Shown: positions 1-8,627 of the stretch, in pieces | Layout of the letters: every line of letters begins with the position of its first letter | Position numbering within the stretch: position 1 is the stretch's first letter | Source: an uncultured bacterium | GTDB taxonomy: Bacteria; Fidelibacterota; Marinisomatia; Marinisomatales; J089 | Assembly (NCBI GenBank): GCA_964535735.1 | Contig: CAZHTM010000003.1 | Location: 2,092-66,091, forward strand | DNA length: 64,000 nucleotides | Direction of reading: 5' to 3' | Notes under the pieces: generated by a model | What the model was told of the DNA's origin: nothing | The model's input: the letters and a program-made list of their open reading frames with translations, nothing else | Database searches by the model: none | Translations under genes and position numbers: made by a program

Positions 1-124
1 CTCCAAAACGCCATGCTCAACTGTCTCCTAAGGAATATTTGACGAACTGTGGGCTTAACCGGGAAATCCATTGAATTATAGAGGGGAATTCTGGTACCTT
101 TTTCGAACACAATCAGGGATAACA

Positions 125-1228
125 ATGAGCGACAGTCAGGTTATCATCATCGGTGGAGGTATTGGGGGAGCCGCCGCCGCTCTCCGTGCGGCGCAAAATG
201 GCATGAACACGCTTTGGGTTTTGGGAACCCGATCTACCAAGAAACGGAGCCGTTCCCAATGGGTTGCCAATATTGACAACATGATCGGATTCCATGAAGA
301 CATCATCAAACAACAAGCCATTACCACCTTAGAACGAAAAGGGTATTCCGAAGCCGCGGAAATACTGAAACAGACTCATTATCATATAAATAATCGTATG
401 ATCATAACCAATACGATTGAACGGATCCGTGCGCAATACCCTCACTGTGAACTCATGGAAGGAGAAGTCACATCGTTAAAACAAGTTTCAGATAACTTTG
501 AGCTCCAAGTCGAATCACAAACGCTATCTACTCCAGCCGTTGTCCTGGCCACCGGGGTCATGGACGAACAGCCGCACCTGGCGCTGCCAAACAAACAAGG
601 AAAAATCGAATCCACACCCAAATGGATTTATCCCTACGCCAACCGGGAACAACTTCTGTACTGCATTCGCTGCGAAGGACATTTAACCGCCGATGATCAG
701 GTGGCAGTTCTGGGGCATAGTCCAACAGCCGGGGAATTGGCCCTAATGTTAAAAGAGCGGTATGGAAATCAGGCTGTCATTCTCACAAATGGGATCACAC
801 CCGCATTTTCTACTCAGATACAGAACCTGCTTACAGCCTATCAAATCCCTGTTATTGAAAACGTCATCACGGGTATTCTGAGTGAGGGCGTTAAAGCCTT
901 GCACGGATTTGAATTCGATGACCATGAGCCGGTTCCGGTACGATTTGCCCTGGTGGCTCTTGGGCTGCATCGTGTTTATAATGATTTAGCCGTTCAGGTT
1001 GGGGCGCGGTTGATGGATAACGATCAACCCGTGGAAAAACGACACATTTGGATCAATGCCAAAGGGGAAACGTCCATACGAAATCTATTTGTAGTGGGTG
1101 ATGCCGCCAAACGGGATGATGAACCCGTGATGAAGCAAATTTATACCGCTCAGGAATATGCCGTTCGCGCCATTGATACCATTGATCACCGACGGCGAAA
1201 ACAGATCCGATCCCGCTTATTATCTTAG
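125..1228 (+). CDS. FAD/NAD(P)-dependent pyridine nucleotide-disulfide oxidoreductase, thioredoxin-reductase-like
   Basis: ORF 71..1228. Dinucleotide-binding motif VIIIGGGIGGAAAAL follows the ATG at 125 (the track start at 71 is a TTG). Internal CIRC CxxC pair and C-terminal VVGDAA motif. Confidence 0.7.
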   Translation: MSDSQVIIIGGGIGGAAAALRAAQNGMNTLWVLGTRSTKKRSRSQWVANIDNMIGFHEDIIKQQAITTLERKGYSEAAEILKQTHYHINNRMIITNTIERIRAQYPHCELMEGEVTSLKQVSDNFELQVESQTLSTPAVVLATGVMDEQPHLALPNKQGKIESTPKWIYPYANREQLLYCIRCEGHLTADDQVAVLGHSPTAGELALMLKERYGNQAVILTNGITPAFSTQIQNLLTAYQIPVIENVITGILSEGVKALHGFEFDDHEPVPVRFALVALGLHRVYNDLAVQVGARLMDNDQPVEKRHIWINAKGETSIRNLFVVGDAAKRDDEPVMKQIYTAQEYAVRAIDTIDHRRRKQIRSRLLS

Positions 1229-1583
1229 GTCAACTCGACCTTCAGACCGTTCCCCTTGGAAAAGGACAGAAAACTGGGACTTGAGCAACAGATGAAAGGC
1301 TGTATTCCACAAAAACAGAATAAGAAGAAGCTGACGTTGATAAACTTTGGGGCAACTTACTATGCTTAGAATAGGGAGAATGTCCCTCATCTCACACCTA
1401 ATCTGATTTCCATTATTTCTTCTCTTCTATTTATTGATTTGAGGCCTGGTTTGTCCTGAAATATTCGCCGATTCAATAATCCAGAAAAAAATTTCCCTAT
1501 TGTCCTTGCAACCAAATGCGGGAACGTTTTAATATATTTATGAACTATGACTCTTAAATCTTAATATTGAGAGGGAATACAGC

Positions 1584-2036
1584 GTGTTTCTATCCAAAAC
1601 CGCAGAATACGCAATCAGATTGGTCTTTTTTCTGTTAAAAAATGACAGTGACCGCAAATACATCCAAATAAAGCATATCGCCCCTGAATTAGGTGTCTCC
1701 TTTTATCAACTGACAAAAGTGGCACACAGACTAACTCAGGCCGGTATTCTTACATCCTACACAGGTCCAAATGGTGGCGTTACCCTCAAGCTAGACCCCA
1801 AGAGCATTCGTTTGATTGATATTGTAGCACCTATTGACGGCGATGATTTATTTGAGCGTTGTATGCTGGGGTTGGATGAGTGTGGAGATGATGACCCTTG
1901 TCCCGTGCACGCATATTGGAAAGAGACAAAAAGAGAGTTAAAGCGTGTATTTCATGAAACAACCATGGATGACATGCGTGAGCATGCCCTCGATGGCCGT
2001 CTATCACAAACCAAAATCAGGAGAATATCCGAATGA
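1584..2036 (+). CDS. Rrf2 family transcriptional regulator, probable Fe-S cluster type
   Basis: GTG start. N-terminal wHTH signature MFLSKTAEYAIRLVFFL. C-terminal Cys triad CMLGLDECGDDDPCPVH (C-x6-C-x5-C). Stop overlaps the next gene by 4 nt. Confidence 0.85.
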   Translation: MFLSKTAEYAIRLVFFLLKNDSDRKYIQIKHIAPELGVSFYQLTKVAHRLTQAGILTSYTGPNGGVTLKLDPKSIRLIDIVAPIDGDDLFERCMLGLDECGDDDPCPVHAYWKETKRELKRVFHETTMDDMREHALDGRLSQTKIRRISE

Positions 2037-2509
2037 TAAAAAACCTTTTAGCCTTACTGGCTATCACTCTTTTACTAAGCGCTTGTGGTGGCAATAAAGC
2101 ACCCGAGCCCGAGGTAAAAACCACCGTTGACGGATTAACGCCGGAACAATTGGAACTGGGGATTGGGCCCATTACATCATTGACCTTGGGCCCCCTGGAT
2201 ATGGATCTCGCTGCGAAAGGGAAAAGCACCTTCGAAGTGAAATGTTCAGCCTGTCACAAAATCGAAGAACGCCATGTAGGGCCGGCCTTGAAGGGCGTTA
2301 CCCAGCGCCGCAAACCGGAATACATCATGAATATGATTTTAAATCCGGAAGAAATGGTCCAAAAACATCCCGAAGTAAAAAAATTACTCGCCCAATACTA
2401 CATTCCCATGACCTTCCAGAATGTAAGTCAGGATGAAGCAAGATCCATTTTGGAATATTTCCGGTCAGTTGATGAGGAAAAAGCGCCTGAAGGGCAAAAC
2501 CAACAATAA
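2033..2509 (+). CDS. mono-heme c-type cytochrome lipoprotein, nos-associated
   Basis: Lipoprotein signal with lipobox LLSAC. Single CSACH heme-binding motif. Lies directly upstream of nosZ. Confidence 0.8.
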   Translation: MIKNLLALLAITLLLSACGGNKAPEPEVKTTVDGLTPEQLELGIGPITSLTLGPLDMDLAAKGKSTFEVKCSACHKIEERHVGPALKGVTQRRKPEYIMNMILNPEEMVQKHPEVKKLLAQYYIPMTFQNVSQDEARSILEYFRSVDEEKAPEGQNQQ

Positions 2510-2549
2510 ATAATTGTATTTAAAAACGAACCAAATAGGAGGATCTCTG

Positions 2550-4493
2550 ATGAGAAAAATCAGTGCGTGGATTACCGGTGCTGCAATTCTCGGTTTACTA
2601 TTGGTAGTAACCGATTGTACCGGTAGGCAGGAAGTGTTTAGCGATGCCGACGTGGCATCTAAAGTCTATGTTGCTCCGGGAGAGTATGACGAATTTTACA
2701 GTTTTATGTCCGGCGGATTTAGCGGACAATTATCTGTATATGGTCTCCCCTCCGGACGATTATTCAAAATCATTCCGGTGTATTCAGTCAACCCGGAAAA
2801 CGGCTACGGATTTACTGAAGAAACGAAAAATATGTTGATGACCTCTCACGGATTTTTACCGTGGGACGATGCTCACCATCCCGAATTATCACAAACCGAT
2901 GGTATTCCCGATGGCCGTTGGATATTTATCAATGCCAATAACACTCCCCGTGTAGCTCGGATTGACCTGACCACCTTTGAAACCGATGAGATCATTGAAA
3001 TCCCGAATTCTGCCGGGAATCATGGTTCTCCGTTTCTTACCATGAACACCGAATATGTGATTGCGTCTACCCGCTTCAGTGTGCCGATTCCCCAGGAAGA
3101 TGTTTCCATTGAAACCTACAAGGAAAACTTCGACGGTACCCTCACCTTCATCAAAGTTGATCAGGAAACTGGTCATATGAATATCGCCTTCCAAATCCTG
3201 GTACCTGGATACGATTATGACCTGGCTCATGCCGGAAAGGGACCGTCCCATGGTTGGGCTTTCTTTACCTGTTACAACTCGGAGCAGGCCAATGAAATTC
3301 TTGAAATCAATGCCTCGCAGAACGATAAGGATTTCGTTGCCGCTGTTAACTGGAAACTGGCGGAAAAATATCTGGCGGAAGGTAAAGCCAAAGAAATGCC
3401 CGCCCGGTACTTTGACAACTATGTGGATCACGACACCCGCATAGTGGTTTCCAACGAACAGAAATCGGTGAAAGTTTTGTACCCGAAGGACTGCCCGGGC
3501 CTGATCTACTACCTGCCGACTCCGAAATCGCCCCATGGCGTTGACGTGGATCCCTCCGGTGAATACATCGTCGCTGGCGGTAAACTGGCCACCGTTATTC
3601 CGGTACATTCTTTCTCAAAAATGTTGAAAGCTATCGAAGACAAGAAATTCATTGGTGAAGTTGACGGAATTCCGATTCTGGATTACGATGCCGTTATCGC
3701 TGGTGAAGTGGAAAACTGTGGCTTAGGACCGCTACACACAGAATTTGACGGTAAGGGATTTGCCTATACGTCAGCCTTTATTTCTTCTGAAATCGTGAAA
3801 TGGAAATTAGGCACCTGGCAAGTCGTGGACCGGATCCCCACCTACTACTCCATCGGTCACCTCTCCATTCCCGGTGGCGACAGCCGGAAACCATGGGGTA
3901 AATATGTGGTGGCATTAAATAAAATGACCAAAGACCGGTATCTCCCGGTAGGTCCTGAATTGCCGCATGCCGCTCAGTTGATCGACATTACCGGTGATAA
4001 AATGAAGTTGTTACTGGACTTCCCCACCGTGGGTGAACCGCACTATGCGCAAGCGATTCCGGCCAAACTTCTGATGGATAAATCCGTCAAGATTTTCCCG
4101 CTGGAAGACAATAAAAATCCCGACGCGATAAAATCCGAAAAGGAAAGAAAGATCGTACGGAAAGGGAATGAGGTTCATGTGTACATGACCACGATTCGTA
4201 CCCACTTTGCACCGGATAATATTGAAGGGATCAAAGTTGGTGATAAGGTATATTTCCACGTCACCAATCTGGAACAGGACTGGGATATCCCCCACGGTTT
4301 TGCCGTGTTGGGCAACCAAAACTCTGAGTTGTTGATTATGCCCGGCGAAACCCGCACTCTGACCTGGGAACCGAAAACACCTGGCGTCTATCCCTTCTAT
4401 TGCACGGATTTCTGTTCGGCATTACACCAGGAAATGCAAGGCTACATTCGTGTATCAGACCGCAATTCCAAGGTGAAAATATCCCATAATTAA
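2550..4493 (+). CDS. nosZ: nitrous-oxide reductase NosZ, clade II (Sec-dependent)
   Basis: ATG at 2550 preceded by GGAGG (the track TTG at 2514 is less likely). Sec-type signal MRKISAWITGAAILGLLLVV with no twin-arginine. C-terminal CuA motif YCTDFCSALHQEMQGY. Overall NosZ-like sequence. Confidence 0.95.
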   Translation: MRKISAWITGAAILGLLLVVTDCTGRQEVFSDADVASKVYVAPGEYDEFYSFMSGGFSGQLSVYGLPSGRLFKIIPVYSVNPENGYGFTEETKNMLMTSHGFLPWDDAHHPELSQTDGIPDGRWIFINANNTPRVARIDLTTFETDEIIEIPNSAGNHGSPFLTMNTEYVIASTRFSVPIPQEDVSIETYKENFDGTLTFIKVDQETGHMNIAFQILVPGYDYDLAHAGKGPSHGWAFFTCYNSEQANEILEINASQNDKDFVAAVNWKLAEKYLAEGKAKEMPARYFDNYVDHDTRIVVSNEQKSVKVLYPKDCPGLIYYLPTPKSPHGVDVDPSGEYIVAGGKLATVIPVHSFSKMLKAIEDKKFIGEVDGIPILDYDAVIAGEVENCGLGPLHTEFDGKGFAYTSAFISSEIVKWKLGTWQVVDRIPTYYSIGHLSIPGGDSRKPWGKYVVALNKMTKDRYLPVGPELPHAAQLIDITGDKMKLLLDFPTVGEPHYAQAIPAKLLMDKSVKIFPLEDNKNPDAIKSEKERKIVRKGNEVHVYMTTIRTHFAPDNIEGIKVGDKVYFHVTNLEQDWDIPHGFAVLGNQNSELLIMPGETRTLTWEPKTPGVYPFYCTDFCSALHQEMQGYIRVSDRNSKVKISHN

Positions 4494-4556
4494 CCACACG
4501 GATTCTGCGCGGGGAGGAGCTTCGCCTCCTCCCCGCCTACCGTTAAGAGGAATGCT

Positions 4557-5147
4557 ATGAGTAAATTTTCAAAATATACACTCGCCCTGGCATCGCTGCT
4601 GCTGCTCTTGATGTATATTTTTCCTATCTGGTCCATCACCCTGGAAGCGCCTCAGTATCCGGAAGGATTGGGAATGTATATTTGGGCCAACGATATCACT
4701 GGACATCAACCTCATGATTTAAAGAATATCAATCTGGTAAACCACTATATTGGTATGCAGGATATTAATCCTGATTCGTTTCCCGAGTTGAAATACATAC
4801 CCTATATTATTGCAGTGCTCATTATAACCGGACTTGGTATTGCATTTAAAGGAAATAAAAAATTCATCGTTTTCTGGCTCGCAACATTTATCATTTTATC
4901 GTTAATCGGACTTATTGATTTCTACCAATGGAATTATACCTATGGACATAATCTTGATCTGGAACATGCGGCAATTAAAATTCCCAATATGTCCTATCAG
5001 CCACCGCTCTTTGGACGGAAAACTCTGCTGAATTTCGTGGCGTATTCCTATCCTGCGCTTGGTGGGATTGCGGCATTTCTGTCGCTCTTCTTAGGGATGG
5101 TCGCGGCCTATGTAGAATTTCGTAAACCGAAGGAAACCGTTCAATGA
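4557..5147 (+). CDS. polytopic membrane protein of clade II nos clusters (NosB-like), function unknown
   Basis: About 4 hydrophobic segments. Located between nosZ and nosL and overlaps nosL by 4 nt. No catalytic motif recognised. Confidence 0.5.
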   Translation: MSKFSKYTLALASLLLLLMYIFPIWSITLEAPQYPEGLGMYIWANDITGHQPHDLKNINLVNHYIGMQDINPDSFPELKYIPYIIAVLIITGLGIAFKGNKKFIVFWLATFIILSLIGLIDFYQWNYTYGHNLDLEHAAIKIPNMSYQPPLFGRKTLLNFVAYSYPALGGIAAFLSLFLGMVAAYVEFRKPKETVQ

Positions 5148-5596
5148 AACGCCTCGTTTTCAGCATAGCCTTTGCCACCTTTTTCTTGTTGTCTTGCTCA
5201 CCGGAACCAAAACCGATCCAATACGGTAGCGACGGATGCCATTATTGCAAAATGAAGATTATGGACGATCGCTACGGAGCGGAAATTGTGACCAAAAAAG
5301 GAAAGGTCTACACCTACGATTCTATTGAATGTATGGTTGCTGCATTGGAAACCAAACAGGTCCCGGAATCAGCGGTTCATTCCCTCTACATTGTGGATTT
5401 TGAGAACCCCGGCGTATTTATCAAACCGGAAGAAGCTATTTTTGTGGTCAGCAAAAAACTGGCGAGTCCCATGGGAATCAACGTATCGGCGTTTAGTAGC
5501 GAAAAAATTGCTCAAAATGTGGCCGAACTGTATTTTGGTGAACAGGTGAGTTGGGACGATGTGAAACAGTTGGTTCACCAATCATGGTTTCAATAA
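5144..5596 (+). CDS. nosL: NosL copper chaperone lipoprotein
   Basis: Lipobox FLLSC. NosL-like GCHYCKMKIMDDRYGAEIV motif. Position inside the nos cluster. Confidence 0.8.
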   Translation: MKRLVFSIAFATFFLLSCSPEPKPIQYGSDGCHYCKMKIMDDRYGAEIVTKKGKVYTYDSIECMVAALETKQVPESAVHSLYIVDFENPGVFIKPEEAIFVVSKKLASPMGINVSAFSSEKIAQNVAELYFGEQVSWDDVKQLVHQSWFQ

Positions 5597-6835
5597 ATGC
5601 GTCCATTTTTCATTATCCTATTGGTTATAATTAGCGGGCTGACATCTCAAGCCCAAGCCAGCGTCGTGTGGGTAGGCGGTAAGGATGGCTACAAGCAATT
5701 GGAGGCGGGAATTGCCGCTGCCCAATCCGGAGATACGGTGATGGTTCATTCAGGGACCTATGAAGTTGGGAATATCATTATCGAAAAATCCATTGCCCTG
5801 ATCGGTATAGATCGGCCTGTTATTCAAGGCAATGGAAAAGATGAAATTCTGACAGTTCGTGCCGACGGTGTCCTAATTACCGGATTCACGATCCGCAACG
5901 CCGGCATGAGCTTTATCCACGATAACGCCGGTATAAAATTGGATCAAGTTGACAAGGGACGGATTGTAGATAATCATTTTATCGATAATTTTTTTGCAGT
6001 TTATGTCTCAAAATCCACCCAATGTGTCGTGGAAAAAAATGTGATAGAGACTGAGGCCCTAACGGAATCCCGCTCAGGAAACGGTATCCACTTATGGTAT
6101 TGTAAGGGAATTACCATAAGAGATAATGTGATCCAAGGGCATCGGGATGGCATTTATCTAGAATTTGTGGAGGAATGCGACGTCAGCGGTAATTACTCAA
6201 CTCGTAATCTCCGGTACGGATTGCATTTCATGTTCTCGGATAAAAATAAATACTGGAACAACACGTTTATTAATAACGGAGCTGGGGTCGCCGTCATGTA
6301 TTCACGAATTGTTGAAATGTGGGGAAATACGTTCCAACATAACTGGGGCGATGCATCCTTCGGTCTTTTGTTAAAAGATATTTATGACAGCGATATTCAC
6401 GATAACCTTTTTGAACAAAACACCATCGGTCTTTATAGCGAGGGATGTTCCCGGATCATGGTGGAAAACAATGAATTCGTTGATAACGGCTGGGCCGTTA
6501 AGATCATGGCCAACTCCACCGATAATGAGTTTCGGTACAATAATTTCGTCAGAAACACCTTCGATGTGGCCACCAACAGTCAGCAAAATTTCAATTTATT
6601 TGAAAGCAATTATTGGAGCAAATACCGGGGGTATGACCTTGACCGGGACGGCGTCGGTGACGTGCCTTTCCACCCTGTGAAATTATTTTCAATTCTGGTC
6701 GAAAAAAATGAACCGGCATTGATTCTGTTACGAAGTTTGTTTGTTAATACTCTGGACATCGCCGAGGAATATATTCCCCTCATGACACCGGAAACCTTGG
6801 TCGATCGTCAACCCCTTATGGAACGTCTACCATGA
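5597..6835 (+). CDS. nosD: NosD periplasmic right-handed beta-helix protein
   Basis: Signal peptide. Repeated beta-helix turns (IxxNxFxxN periodicity). Immediately upstream of the nosF/nosY ABC pair. Confidence 0.9.
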   Translation: MRPFFIILLVIISGLTSQAQASVVWVGGKDGYKQLEAGIAAAQSGDTVMVHSGTYEVGNIIIEKSIALIGIDRPVIQGNGKDEILTVRADGVLITGFTIRNAGMSFIHDNAGIKLDQVDKGRIVDNHFIDNFFAVYVSKSTQCVVEKNVIETEALTESRSGNGIHLWYCKGITIRDNVIQGHRDGIYLEFVEECDVSGNYSTRNLRYGLHFMFSDKNKYWNNTFINNGAGVAVMYSRIVEMWGNTFQHNWGDASFGLLLKDIYDSDIHDNLFEQNTIGLYSEGCSRIMVENNEFVDNGWAVKIMANSTDNEFRYNNFVRNTFDVATNSQQNFNLFESNYWSKYRGYDLDRDGVGDVPFHPVKLFSILVEKNEPALILLRSLFVNTLDIAEEYIPLMTPETLVDRQPLMERLP

Positions 6836-7542
6836 TAGAAGTAATTAAACTGGAAAAATCTTTTGGTAAACTCCGCGTTTTGCGGGAACTCGATTTATTA
6901 ATTGAAGCAGGAAAAATCACCGCCATTATCGGGCATAACGGATCGGGGAAAACCACATTGATCAAGTGCCTGCTGGGATTGGACAAACCCACCTCAGGTA
7001 AAATTCTGATTGATGGGTTCCATCTCAATGGCGACTGGGCGTATCGTGACCGTATTGGTTACATGCCTCAAATGGCCCGATTCCCGGAAAATCTGACAGC
7101 CAAGGAAGTCATTTCCATGATCAAAGATTTACGGGGATCTCCTGACTGCCAGGAAGACGAACTGGTGAATTTTTTTCACCTGAACGGGGAATTAAATAAA
7201 CCCATTCGTACCTTATCCGGAGGAACCCGGCAGAAGGTAAGCGCGATTATTGCCTTCATGTTTAACCCGGAGCTCTTGATCCTGGATGAACCCACAGCCG
7301 GACTGGATCCCATTTCAAGCAGTCTGCTGAAGGATCGCTTGCTCCAGGAAAAGCAAGCCGGGAAAACCATTATTATTACATCCCATATCATGAGTGATCT
7401 GGAAGAACTGGCCGATAATATCATTTATTTACTGGATGGGAAGATATTATTCACCGGAACCGTCAACACCATCATCGAACAAACGGGCGAACCCACTCTG
7501 GAACGAGCGGTCGCACGATTAATGGTTGAGCAAGGCAAATGA
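6832..7542 (+). CDS. nosF: NosF ABC transporter ATPase
   Basis: Walker A GHNGSGKTT, signature LSGGTRQKV, Walker B LLILDEPTAGLD. 4-nt overlaps with both neighbours. Confidence 0.9.
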   Translation: MIEVIKLEKSFGKLRVLRELDLLIEAGKITAIIGHNGSGKTTLIKCLLGLDKPTSGKILIDGFHLNGDWAYRDRIGYMPQMARFPENLTAKEVISMIKDLRGSPDCQEDELVNFFHLNGELNKPIRTLSGGTRQKVSAIIAFMFNPELLILDEPTAGLDPISSSLLKDRLLQEKQAGKTIIITSHIMSDLEELADNIIYLLDGKILFTGTVNTIIEQTGEPTLERAVARLMVEQGK

Positions 7543-8330
7543 AAACATTTTTAAAAATTATCAAATATCAGTTACAGGATTTGGTCCGAGGGAAATGGTT
7601 ATTATTATACACCATCTTATTTTTCGTCATGACGGATGGGCTGTTTCGCTTTGGCGGCGATGGCACCAAGGTCATTTTAAGTCTGATGAATATCACCCTC
7701 TTTCTCATTCCCCTGGTCAGTATTGTGTTTGGGAGTATGTTTTTCTATGGCTCCCGGGAATTCATTGAATTGTTACTGGCCCAGCCAATCAGCCGTGGTT
7801 CGCTATTTCGCGGTATGTTCATTGGTCTCGCAGCACCTTTGTCACTGGCGTTTGTGCTGGGTGTAGGCATCCCGTTTATATATAATTCGGTTGGATCGAC
7901 TCCCATAACGCTTACATTTTATATCCTGCTAGCGACTGGTGTAGCCCTTACGTTTGTTTTTACCGCCCTGTCCTATTTAATCGCCGTGAAAAACGAAGAA
8001 CGGGTTAAAGGTGTGGGGATCACCATCCTGATCTGGCTGGTTTTCGCCGTGTTGTATGACGGCTTGGTTCTTGCGCTGATTTTTGTTTTCAGCGATTACC
8101 CCTTGGAAAAAGCCACTATCGCCGTTGCTTTGTTAAATCCCATTGATCTGGCGCGAATCATTATGCTCCTCATGGTGGATATTTCAGCGTTGCTGGGATA
8201 CACCGGAGCGGTATTCAAACAATTTTTTGGTAGCCCACTCGGTCTCGTTGCGGCCGCTTCGGCTTTATTGGTGTGGATCGTGGTCCCAGTCTGGTTCGGA
8301 TTTCGGCTGTTTGATAAAAAGGATCTCTAA
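7539..8330 (+). CDS. nosY: NosY ABC-2 type permease
   Basis: Six predicted TM segments. Coupled to nosF by a 4-nt overlap. Confidence 0.85.
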   Translation: MKTFLKIIKYQLQDLVRGKWLLLYTILFFVMTDGLFRFGGDGTKVILSLMNITLFLIPLVSIVFGSMFFYGSREFIELLLAQPISRGSLFRGMFIGLAAPLSLAFVLGVGIPFIYNSVGSTPITLTFYILLATGVALTFVFTALSYLIAVKNEERVKGVGITILIWLVFAVLYDGLVLALIFVFSDYPLEKATIAVALLNPIDLARIIMLLMVDISALLGYTGAVFKQFFGSPLGLVAAASALLVWIVVPVWFGFRLFDKKDL

Positions 8331-8341
8331 TCCTCCGCATC

Positions 8342-8378
8342 CGTTCTGGAACACCGGTTGTTAAACCATTTCGGAACG
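8342..8378 (+). terminator. possible stem-loop terminator after nosY (no U-tract)
   Basis: cgttctggaa (8342-8351) pairs with tttcggaacg (8369-8378): 10 bp including 2 G-U. Inner ggtt/aacc stem. Starts 12 nt after the nosY stop. Confidence 0.3.
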
Positions 8379-8627
8379 AATATTGATGCCAAATCATAGC
8401 TCCTAACTTCTAGAAACCGAAACTAAGCTTATTCCCCCCAGGTTTTACACATAACGTTATCCTAGTACTGTATCTTATAACCAATCTGATTGCCCAGATT
8501 GCACGTAAAAAAAGATCATTTCCGTCTAAGTCTTAATCTATTCCTTAGAAAAAAAGTCGTTAAATTTAGATGAAGTCCACCATGAGTAAAATCCTAAAAA
8601 AGTAATTAAGCATTCAGAATTTTGGAT

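Noticed and set aside
1292-1369. 25-codon ORF MKGCIPQKQNKKKLTLINFGATYYA in the gap upstream of rrf2, and a 56-codon minus-strand ORF from 1390.
   Set aside because: No RBS, no motif and no functional logic. Probably chance ORFs in a promoter region.
2889-3608. 239-aa minus-strand ORF inside nosZ. Similar long antisense ORFs occur at 10746-11123, 14288-14932, 16084-16713, 41289-42104, 50410-50949, 52698-53157, 59886-60479 and 61241-61888.
   Set aside because: Each lies fully inside a strongly supported gene on the other strand, has an Arg/Gly/His-rich shadow-ORF composition, and shows no recognisable motif.
8383-8396. TTGATgccaAATCA, an Fnr/Dnr-like box just after the nos cluster.
   Set aside because: The second half-site is out of register with TTGAT-N4-ATCAA. 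It lies downstream of nosY, not in the nos promoter.
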